From positions 4,196,778-4,260,777 of the forward strand of contig NC_134030.1 in assembly GCF_964204645.1 (NCBI RefSeq): a DNA stretch of 64,000 bases. The letters are read 5' to 3'. Made by a program: the position numbers and the translations under genes. The DNA comes from Tubulanus polymorphus (lineage: Eukaryota > Animalia > Nemertea). Positions 22,944-34,565 of this stretch are shown one piece after another. Within the stretch, counting starts at the first letter, position 1, and each line of letters starts with the position of its first letter. The notes beneath the pieces are model-generated. The model was given only the letters and a program-made list of their open reading frames with translations, made no database searches and was not told where the DNA came from.

Positions 22944-25900
22944 ATGGTTGTCCGTAATTGCTGCGGGGCTCGACCAGATATCGTTGCCGATAATGTCGAC
23001 GAACCAGGAGCGGCAAGTGAGCTAACGATACATAATGACGCATCTAACGAAAAACAAACAGAGCATAAAAAAGAAAAATGGGGAAGCGACGTGGAGTTTT
23101 TTCTCTCTTGTGTCGGGTATGGAGTCGGTCTAGGGAATATTTGGCGTTTTCCGTACCTTTGTCTACGGAACGGCGGAGGTAAGCATTTCAGTAAAATACC
23201 ACATATTATCATCTATTGACATTCAAAACGACATCGAGATAATTCATAGATTACACAATCGTATAGATTACAACAATGTGGGCTGAATAAAAGAGCCATA
23301 AAACAATGAAGTGGCTCAACGTAATTAGGCAGCGGTAGGTTTCATTTTGGTTCTTCCGAATCGCACAAACTATCGGGTTAATTCTAGTATAGAATAGAAT
23401 ATGGCGGCTGATTCGGACCACAAAATCGCCAATTGATTTGAAGTAAATTAAAGTAATCTTCATCATGCCGCTCGTGAAACAACTAGTAGATTTCACCTAA
23501 AACACTGAAATCATCTTTTTAGTCGAGTAACAACTTTTAGGTAATTTCATCAGGGTCTTTAGTCTGGAATATATCTTACTCGGACCAATTTCTTTTTTTT
23601 TGTTTAGTTTAAAGTTGGTTTCTTTATCAAAATTGTTTTAAGGACCTAAAACGTTTGTTTGAGCGTTAGTGTTCCAAATCAGCCGCCATAGTATACAGCC
23701 AGTTCGCATGGAGCACATCGGCTGGTATAGAAATTATGTCCCTCCCGTATCACCCGATGTTAAATTGTGATCAATGATAACATAATATCTTAAGGATCGT
23801 GCAAGGATTCATTTCTATATAAACCTATTCAATTGTATCATTTGCAGGTGCATTTTTGATCGCATATTTCACGTTCATGGTCATAGGAGGAATACCGTTA
23901 TATTTTCTTGAACTCTGCATCGGTCAATATTCCGGTAAAAGTCCGATAGCAGCTTTTGAAGCGTTATGTCCGTTGGCAGCTGGTAAGAATCAGTCGGAAA
24001 AATAGAATCAGCGTTCTTCACTTCTATCTTCATCATAAGTATTATATTATATATTTGTACGCTGTCTCTATGGGAGAAATTGCTACTCACAGAACGTATA
24101 CATTAGAACTTGCCATTACAGGTATAGGATGGGCAATGCTCATACCATCAGTAATATGTCTGATCTACCTCCATACAATTATGAACTGGATCCTGTATTA
24201 TTTTGGTATGACATTTACTAGTTGGGATCCGGTTTGGGGGCGCTGTGATAACGCTTGGAATACCCCGAATTGTGTGGTTACCGGGCAGCAGTCGGTCAAT
24301 CAGACAAACCAAACAGCGATGATGAACGAAACAACCACCAACTACTCACCATCAAATATCAGTTTCGTGTCGTCGAATGAATCATCTCTGAAACCGATGT
24401 CATCAGGGGAGGAATTCTGGCAGTATGTGGTCAGAAAGACTAGTCATTCAAATAGAAAAACTTCTAAAAGATATAGTTTCATTGATGTATTGGACTGCAC
24501 CTTATAATTTTCAGGTACAACGTTCTGGAATTAACTGATGGTATTGGTAATTTTGGTGGATTTCGTTGGGAGCTGATAGTCTGTCACGTGGCTGCTTGGT
24601 TAATTGTTTACCTATGCATGTGCAAAGGAGTAAAATCTTCGGGAAAGGTATGTCTTCCTGTGATATCTGATAAAAATTCGGTCAATAAATCTGAAATGTA
24701 GGCCTAAGGTAAATGTGAAGAGATACGTGTTATATCCACACCGTAACGCTGAGGTTATAGCTTCCAATATCTGCGGTTCAAAATTATGGGAATATTCATA
24801 TGCTTATACTTTTAGAATTGATCAAGTTGTTCCATATCCTCTATTAAGGTAATTTGTTTTCTTGTATTCAGGTAATTTATGTGACGGCAACAGCTCCATT
24901 TGTTTGCCTGATCGCCTTATTAATAAGAGGTGTTACTCTTCCGGGGTCTCTAGATGGAATCTTGTATTTTGTGGTACCCGAATGGAGTAAACTTCTATCT
25001 GTTAAGGTAACTTAATCATTATCGAAACAAATAGAGAAAAATAACTGCTTTTAAATATCTTACATAAGTATATATTGTATTATCGTAGATCTGGGCTGAA
25101 GCTTGTTTGCAGATATATTACTCAATCGGTCCAGGTTGGGGTGGTCTGATTACAATGGCAAGCTACAATAGATTCAATCAGAATATCTATCGGTGAGTTG
25201 TTTTTCAGTCTCTATTTTCTCGTTATTTCCTTTCTTTCGTGCTGTCAATTTGCATTTTTGTCATTTCTCACAGAGACGCTATAGTCGTTCCAGTGATAAC
25301 GTGTTTTACTAGTTTATTCGCCGGATTCGTTACTTTTTCAATCATCGGTAACCTAGCACACCAGGCTGGTGTTACAGTAAGCGAGGCCCTTACCTCCGGT
25401 AAGGTCATTTCGATCTACATTTGATGAACAATTTTGGTATAGGTCATGTAAAAAATTTGCCCATTTGAACACAGGTCCCGGTCTGGCGTTCATCGTTTTT
25501 CCGATGGCCCTTGCCAAAATACCAGGAGCGGCGATCTGGTCGGGTTTATTTTTCATCATGCTGATGACAATTGGTCTCGATACACAGGTACGTCGTATAA
25601 ATACATATGTGGTGAAGAAATAAACGCAAAACAACAATTGGAGATTTGATAATGCTGTAAATCATTATCTATCCAGTGATCACCATAATCAATGCTTTAT
25701 CAAGCCTGATTCCCTTTTTTGATTCCAGTTTGTCACGATGGAAACGTTTATCACAGCTTTGATGGATAAGTACACGATTCTACGGAAGCGAAAGTCATTG
25801 TTCATTTTGTTTAACGTCACTTTCTGTTTTCTATGTGGTTTATTATTCTGTTGTCGGGTATGTACATATGTGATTTCATTGTGCCTCTGTTTATTTTCTT

Positions 25901-27279
25901 GCTTTCTCCTTCGTTTGCTATGGGGTCCTATTATGATTTTTTTACGTCGACAAAAAGTCATAATCATGGCTACGTAAATACTTATATATTTTTCTGTCAA
26001 AAACGTTTCATTTTTCGTTCTTATTATGTAGAGCGGGATGTACTGGTTTCAACTATTTGACTGGTACGTGGCTATAGTTGCATTGCTTCTAGTATCAGCA
26101 CTGGAATGTATAGTAGCGACTTATATTTACGGTTAGTCCTTTAATTCGTCGAAACGCGATATTTTGCAGAGTAAAATTAAAATATCACGGCGTATAATAT
26201 ATACGTAACTTAATGTGTTGCTGCTATAGTTTGATAGCGTTTACTTAACCCGCTGGTAATGCGATATCCTTCCACAGCAGGCATTCGAACCTGATGACAC
26301 CGAAGACACCTGCCACGGCAGCGATGCCATCGGGTTCGACACCCTGATGGGGGAGATTATAATGTGAATTTTCTGATATGATATCTAGGTGTTAACAGAT
26401 TGTATAAAGATATAGAAGCTATGATTGGATATCGTCCGTCGTGTTTCATGAAAGCACTGTGGTGCTCCATCACTCCTATTATCACTACAGTAAGCTGATC
26501 TTGTTCATGATGAATCGATTGATTTGCTTTAAGTCCATCGCACCCGCCATCTATACAAGGCGTCTGAAAAGCCAAGGCTAAAAAATGGATACCTTGTTTC
26601 TCCGCTCTGCTGAGCTTAAAAGTTGACCCGGCTGGCCGCCTAGTATCTCCCCTGTACATTACGTTTTTTTTTTAAATCGTGATAAATTTTACAACAACTG
26701 GCCCGGCAGCCATAGAAATGATTACAAATTGTATTATATTTAACAAAAATGGCCCGGCCGCTGCAGAGAAACAAGGTATCATTTTTGTTTAGCCTAGGCG
26801 GATTTTCAATGTTTCTAGCTAATGAAAGCATTAAGGCATATATTCGTATTTGTCTATTTTAGGTTATGCTTATATATGTTATGGTGCAGCAAGTTCTGCC
26901 TTATTACGGAGACTATTTCTACCCTGATTGGGCTGTTGGTATTGGCTGGTTGATCGCCACAATTTCAGCCGTTCCCATTCCCTACTTCATTTGTAAAGAG
27001 CTTTATTGTAATACTGGAACACTGAAAGAGGTAAACAAGAATTAAGCAGATATTGACTTGTACATAAATATGATTAGATAAATGGTTTGCGCAGTTTTTT
27101 TTACAAGAATTTTTGTATATTTTACGTAGCGATTCAGGAGAAGTTTAAAGCCGACTGAATCTTGGGTGGCTGCAACATTACAGAATAAAGAGGATGCTTT
27201 ACTACCGATGGAGGATTTGAAACCAGGAGCCAATTACATAGTCGAGGCATTTAGTCACGATCAGACTCTTTCATGTTGA
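22944..27279 (+). CDS. SLC6 transporter, array copy 2, 13 exons
   Basis: Same exon series and motifs as copy 1; extended C-terminus ...[22 protein letters not shown] at 27277-27279. Confidence 0.92.
23400..23690. mobile_element. MITE-like element in SLC6 copy 2 intron 1
   Basis: 22-bp inverted ends TATGGCGGCTGATTCGGACCAC / GTGTTCCAAATCAGCCGCCATA (2 mismatches). Confidence 0.6.
26571..26799. mobile_element. MITE-like element in SLC6 copy 2 intron 11
   Basis: ~35-bp inverted ends GCCAAGGCTAAAAAATGGATACCTTGTTTCTC / GAGAAACAAGGTATCATTTTTGTTTAGCCTAGGC; internal CCCGGC subrepeats. Confidence 0.6.
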
Positions 27280-28274
27280 TTCTATGATAAAAACCGGTTC
27301 ATTTGGACTTTTGATTCCCCCTCCTGGAACGGGTATAGAATATAAATTGTCGTCATAAAACCTCATATATACATGACATGTTTAACACTGACGAGAGACA
27401 ATATTATACTGACCCAGACATATAACATGTAATGGAGAAATCTAAATCATTACGGAATGTCGAATAAATCACTACTACTCGTTGATTATGAATATTCAAA
27501 TTAGCAAGGTGGATGTTAGGGGGCTATTTTGTAAGACATAGATTCGTCGGACGAGTTTCAGTTATCAGTTGATATTTCATATCATTTTAGACTGCAGAGG
27601 GTGGTAGTTACACCCGACATATTTCTACTTGTAATCAATGCATTAGTTTAATTATTTGGGTTTTACGTGTTTTCAAATCTAAAGATATACAAGAATTTTA
27701 CTCGTGCTTAAGTAGGATACCCGTCACAAGGAAATGATAATTTTTTTTCAATGATTCATCAGCTAATTGATCGTTATCCTTGTTGTGTTCCCTTGTGCAA
27801 AAGAGGTTTCCATTTTCTATTGTATATAATCACACATTCACGATGCTATTGTATATATATCTTTTTATCTTGAAAATTGGATAATTATTCCCCATTAACT
27901 TTGATTTGATTTGATACTTTGGTGTCTGGGATTTTTTTCACTTTGAAATCGGAAATCGAAGTTATAAGGGCTTATATTGGCCAAAATGGGGATACTGTAT
28001 ATATTAGGACATTTCAACTTTTCACTCATCAGAAGAAAGTGTAGAGACCCGCTAACGAAGCATTTCTGGAACGAAGTACACAGCGTTGAAGATCATGATA
28101 TTATAGGCCTGGATAAAATGAATGGTGGATGGACGTGCAGAAATATGTCGAAAATTTGTGGATAGACAATTAGCTGAAGACATAAGCCTTGGAATAAACA
28201 TATAGATCAAATAACCCAATTAGTGTCCCTAGTTTCCCCTTCAGGATCTTGGCAACTGTTTTGTATTTTGTATC

Positions 28275-28620
28275 CTTAAGCCGGGCGTAGGTCGGCCTTG
28301 CGACGCGACGCGATCGTCGCGTTGCGTCACAAGTGACCGCACAAGTCGGTTGCGATGCGGTTGTCAGCAACTGTGTGCGACTAGTTGCTGCCAGGGCCCG
28401 GTTTCACGAACAGGGATTAAGTCCGTAATTCGAATTAATTCTCTAATTCGAATCAAATGTTAATCCCCGTTCGTGAAACCGGGCCCAGTCGCAACAGCGC
28501 GTAGGTCGGTTGCGACGGTCGCGTCGCGTTGCAGAAAGTAGAACATGTGCGACTCATTGCGACTGGCATCGCTGGCAGTCGCAACCCGTCGCTGGCAGTC
28601 GCTAGGTAGCGTAGGTCGAG
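28275..28620. mobile_element. GC-rich non-autonomous DNA element (TCGC/GCGA-rich) carrying a nested MITE
   Basis: Abrupt GC-rich block of GTCGC/GCGAC and CGTAGGTCG subrepeats between SLC6 copies 2 and 3, interrupted at 28395-28485. Confidence 0.55.
28395..28485. mobile_element. 91-bp palindromic MITE with CAG target-site duplication (PIF/Harbinger-like)
   Basis: Perfect 17-bp TIR GGCCCGGTTTCACGAAC/GTTCGTGAAACCGGGCC (26 bp with one mismatch); CAG at 28392-28394 and 28486-28488. Confidence 0.8.
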
Positions 28621-28636
28621 TTCATAGTGACCTTGA

Positions 28637-28638
<2 letters not shown>

Positions 28639-28673
<35 letters not shown>
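28639..28673. repeat. (AT)n microsatellite
   Basis: About 17 perfect AT units. Confidence 0.95.
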
Positions 28674-28677
<4 letters not shown>

Positions 28678-29069
28678 AATGATCGCACTAATTTGATGAT
28701 ACTTTGTTTAGATCGAAGTACATTTTGGAATTTCGCTTCCGGGTCCGGCAAGCGAGGCCTTTTTCGGCCGCTTATTGGATACATCTAAATTTGGCAATAG
28801 CTATCAGGTTTTAATATCATATGTTGCATATGTTCTAACATTAACAAAGATGTTCTGTCAACAGAAAATTATTTATAAAAAACCAATCGATAAGCTGAAA
28901 AGAATAAAAAAAACCTGTTTGAACAGCTTGAACGAGCTTGTTACATTGATATAGAGCGTATACTCTAGCGTATGTTGTCGTACGCACGACTGACTGCTCC
29001 AGTCAAGTTTTAGTCGATACCACTTCACGTTCATCGAGCCATCCGTAGGTATGTCGTGAAACCGGCGAA

Positions 29070-32000
29070 ATGGTTTTCAGTAATTGTTGCGGAACTCGAC
29101 GAGATGTCGCCTCGAATAATGTCGACGACTCAGCAGCGACAAAGGAGCTAACGATACATAATGATGCATCTGACGAAAAACAAACAGAGCATAAAAAAGA
29201 AAAATGGGGAAGCGACGTGGAGTTTTTTCTCTCTTGTGTCGGGTATGGAGTCGGTCTTGGGAATATTTGGCGTTTTCCGTACCTGTGTCTACGGAACGGT
29301 GGAGGTAAGCATAATAAGCACCTACAAATATACGCTGATGCATCTATATTGCATCATTCAATGACTGATCTGAATGTTTTATTCAATATTGAAAGATTTC
29401 GCAGAAATGATACAAATCTGGTTGATATCTAAAACTCTATTGCTTTAATTTCTGATTACACTGAACTCTGGAATCGAATTCATACGTAGCCTAACTAACT
29501 GCATGCAGAATGTATGGCCACTGTTACGAGAAAAATATCAGGGTTTTTTAGCATCAATTGAGAAATAATAAAATGAGTCATTTTTGCTGAGTAATTACAG
29601 TATGCTCTAATCACCCACATCTGTTGATACTGGTAGATACCAAAACATACCAAGGGGCGTTCGCTTATGTACCAAATGTAGCTTAAACAAAATTCAGTAT
29701 CCCTGTATGATAAATATACAGGGATACTGGGGTTAGTTAGCCAATGATACTGGTTTTGTTCATTCTCAATTGCGACAAATCCCTGTCACAATTGGTGACG
29801 AATTGAATAATGTTTTTGAAAATTTATGTATAATTTGGAGCAATGAGGAATAATCTAATCTAATCCGCATGCATGGATTTTCCACTTGTAGAAATTTACA
29901 TCAGCTAAAAACGGCTGCATGCAAAATAGGCAGCGCAGTCGTAGCCCTTCTCTATCATCGAGCCGACTACTATATGTAGTAACATTTTTTCTTACTCCGG
30001 TTTTTGTCTGGTTTTTGTGTTTGACGAAAATTTTGAAGGCCGTGTAATTTTCCATTGCATTCAATGCAGGTCGTGAATTATTCTAAACGATCGCTTATTC
30101 ATAGTGTAGACACTATTCATAATGAAACGCGACATGTTACCGCACATTAATCATGATCGGAATAATCGTTTTGAATCTGTTTTATGTAAAAAATTACTAA
30201 ACTTTTTTCTAGTTTTGTATGAAGCTCTTTTTGTAAGTGATTTAATTCATTCAATTCCTTCGAATGATCCTTTTTTTCGTGAGCGTTTGCTTAAACTTAA
30301 TAAAAAGAAAAACGACCGATATTTTTGTCATTCATTCATTTTCTCATTCATGAATTCTAGGTGCATTTGTGATCGCCTATTTTACGTTTATGATCATAAG
30401 TGGAATACCGTTATATTTGCTTGAACTATGCGTTGGACAATATTCCGGTAAAAGCCCAATAGCCGCTTTTGAAGCGCTATGTCCAATATCAGCGGGTAAG
30501 ATTTACAGTATATATTATTAACATACAGATTGTAAATTAAACACAAAATGCCAAAACCGTCCAAGCTTTCACCAGGTCTGTATCATTACAGGTTTAGGAT
30601 GGGCAATGTTGATACCCTCAGCATTCTGTCTAGTCTATCTCAACAGCATCATGAACTGGATTCTGTATTATTTTGGTATGACATTCGTTAGTTGGGATCC
30701 GGTTTGGGGGCGCTGTGATAACGCTTGGAATACCCCGAATTGTGTGGTTACCGGGCAGCAGTCGGTCAATCACACAAACCAAACAGCGCTGATGAACGAA
30801 ACAACCACCAACTACTCACCATCAAATATCAGTTTCGTGTCGTCGAATGAATCATCTCTGAAAGCGATGTCATCAGGGGAGGAGTTTTGGCAGTACGTGG
30901 TTAGAATGAAAAAACGTATTGTTTGGATAGAAACACTTCCAAGTGATATCTTCACGGTTCCATAAGTATTTGATAGCAACTACTTATCATTTTCAGGTAC
31001 AACGTTCTGGAATTAACGGATGGAATTGGTAATTTTGGTGGATTTCGTTGGGAGTTGATAGTCTGTCACTTGGCTGCCTGGTTTATTGTTTACGTATGCC
31101 TTTGCAGAGGAGTGAAATCTTCAGGAAAGGTCAATAATATATGGTGAACATTGTAATAACTATTCTCAGCTCAGGAGAACTAATTGAAGATCTGAAATAT
31201 ATATGATGCTTTTAAGATATCAGGGGCTAATTATAATCCATTTAGAACTGCTCACATTCTCGATTATTCAGGTAATATACGTGACGGCGACAGCTCCATA
31301 TGTTTGCCTGGTCGCCTTATTAATAAGAGGTGTTACTCTTCCGGGGGCTGTAGATGGAATCATGTATTACATCGTACCTGACTGGAGTAAACTTCTCTCC
31401 GTCAAGGTAAATCATTATCATTAATTGAAATAGAGCAAATACGTCTGCTGTTAGATATTTAAGAAGAGAACTATATTGTATTATCGTAGATCTGGGCTGA
31501 AGCTTGTTTGCAGATATATTACTCAATCGGTCCAGGTTGGGGTGGTCTGATTACAATGGCAAGCTACAATAGGTTCAACAATAATATATATCGGTGAGTC
31601 TTATTTTTAAACCAAAAACGATGTCTCAAAATCTGACTAATTCATGATGGTTATTTTCAGAGACGCTATAGTTATACCAGTGCTGACATGTTTTACTAGC
31701 TTCTTCGCCGGGTTCGTCACATTTTCTATTATCGGTCATCTAGCACACCAGGCTGGTGTAACGGTTAGTGAGGCCCTTACCTCCGGTAAGACACAAGCTA
31801 CATTACCTTTTACTAACATGCATATTTCATTCCGTACTTAAAATAACTAATTTTACTTACTATTGCAGGTCCCGGCCTGGCATTCATTGTTTTTCCGATG
31901 GCCATCTCCAAAATACCAGGAGCGCCAATTTGGTCGGGTTTATTTTTCTTAATGTTGTTGACAGTCGGGCTTGATACACAGGTAAATGCCAGAATTCTTA

Positions 32001-33751
32001 GAACGTCTTTTACTACTTCAGAATAGAACTAAAAAGTGTTTGAATAAATTCGCTTTCTCGTAAGAATGATAATTAGTTTTCAATATGGGCCGAGGAATGA
32101 AAATCCAGCCCTAAAAAGGTGATGAAGATAAACTTGTTTTATTTGTGGTTGTGGTAGCGTCTATTCACAAAGATCATTGTTATTTAAATATATAGTTCGT
32201 TATGATGGAAACATTGGTCACGGCTTTGATGGATAAGTACACGATTTTACGGAAGCGAAAGTCGTTGTTCATATTGTTTATCGTCGTTGTATGTGTCCTG
32301 GTCGGCCTTTTGTTCTGTTGTCGGGTAAGTGTATAAAGTCAGATATGAAAAGTCCATTTTCTCCTCGACTAACGCGTCGTTAAGTGAAAGACTGTTAGAC
32401 CCAGACCAAGATGACGCAACGTTGGTGGCATAACGTGTGTGTAGCAGTGCTGAAAGCAATTAACGCCAAATAACGACATTTTCCAAATGTATTGTATTGA
32501 AATTTATTGTATTTAAATTCTATGTAATGAAATTTAGGACCATTATGGCCTATTTCAATTAACAAAACTTAGAATTTATACTTTTTCTCTCCCAGGGAGG
32601 CATGTATTGGTTTCAACTATTGGACTGGTATGCTGGCATGTTCACGTTACTGATAGTATCTACTTTAGAGTGTGTAGTTGTATCATATATATACGGTATG
32701 ATATGTATCCGGTGAATTCAATTTTTTTCTAGATATTAGAATTGCACGTACATTTATCAATTAGCATTGGCATGAGTTACGTTATTTATTAGCCTGTGAT
32801 TAGCGCGTTGAACAATTTTAAATCAAAATACACAAAATCAACAGGATTGTAGAGAACCGAATGACAAACTGGCCTATTCTCTAAACCACAGATACAGTAT
32901 TTCCTGGATTATAGATGAATAATCACGCGTCTGTAGTTTCGAGAATATAGGTCTGGCCCTGGTCCTATGTTATGTTGGGTTTGATTATAGCCTACAGAGT
33001 GAAAATGACAACATATTTCACTGGATGCCTGCGAGACAAAACTGTTTCGAAAATTCTAGAAACATGTACAAATGAAAAAGTACGATCTGATCTATAGGAA
33101 TGAACAGAATGTATGACGATATAGAAGCTATGATTGGATATCGTCCTTCATGTTTTATGAAAGCACTGTGGTGTTCGATCACTCCAATTATAACTACAGT
33201 AAGTGCGTTTTGAGTACCGGCTTTCGGACTCTTCTAGCATAACAATTGAAATACATATTGATTCCTAATCCATTCAAATGACATATTTTCACTTGCATCC
33301 GTTGTAGGTTATGCTGGTATATGTTATAGTGCAGCAAGTTCCAGCCTACTATGGTGACTATTTCTACCCGGATTGGGCTGTTGGTATTGGCTGGTTTATC
33401 GCTACAATTTCAACCGTTCCTATTCTGCTCTTCTTTTGTAAAGAACTTTACAACAACACCGGCTCATTGATAGAGGTAAATATTATCTAAATGGAAGGTT
33501 TTTGCTATAAGGGTCCTTGCAACAAAGAATATACATGATTAATACTACTCCCATCCCAACCACCACCCCCCCCCTCACTCCACATCTAAAAACATCCTAT
33601 TCTTAAATGCTCTTAATTTCGTGTTGATTTGATTTATTCTGCGCAGAGATTCAAGAATGGTTTAAAGCCGACTGAAGCTTGGGCAGCAGCAACTCTACAG
33701 AATAAAGAAGAAACTTTACTACCGATGTCGGACTTAAAAATAGGAGTATAA
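29070..33751 (+). CDS. SLC6 transporter, array copy 3, 13 exons
   Basis: Same exon series and motifs; stop TAA at 33749-33751. Confidence 0.92.
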
Positions 33752-34565
33752 CGCTATCTAAACTACCGGTTATCTAGGCTAACAAACTGCTGAACTAATT
33801 GTAATAACTAAAATCAATAGATACATCGAACTACCTTTTGAATAAAATGAATAATTTGATTTTTATGCGAAAAAGAATTTCTTGTGTTCTCTTTTATATT
33901 GGATGAAGGACAATTTAACGAAGACAGAGAAGAAAAAGCTAGCTTTTCCATGATACATTATAACTTCCGCTTACTCTATGACGTGATATGACATTGTGCT
34001 CACGGGTTACAGGGATGTACCACCATATATTATGTACGATTATCAATATTTGACTGAAATTATACTGATTTCGCTGATAGTTTTTTTATATTTAGAAATG
34101 CAGCTGAAGTCCCGTTTAACGGATCAACTTAAAAAAGAAAAATTATGGAAATTAATTGAAATATTTAATCACGTTCTTCTGCCAAAAGGGTAGATTGGGA
34201 GTAGACGGCATTTTATAGTGGGCCCTAAATTGTAATGATTCTTATTGCATTGTATAAAAATAGTTCAATTATACCATTGAAGGAACGTTTCCATTCAAGA
34301 CCTGCTTGGTATATTATCCCTTCATTAAGTCATTATATCCAGTAAGCTAATAACTCGTTTAATTCGAATCGGTATTTTTTATTCACTTAGTATGGACTAG
34401 AAATCCTGTCTACGCTATGTTATTTCTATCCAAATGAGAGAACATAATTCGGATTTCGTTTAATTCGGTAAAAATTTCCCAGTCCCAGGTGATACGAATT
34501 GAGCGAATCTACTGTGCGTGTGTATGATTCTACGAGTCAGTTCATTAAACAGCTGAACAGCGAAT

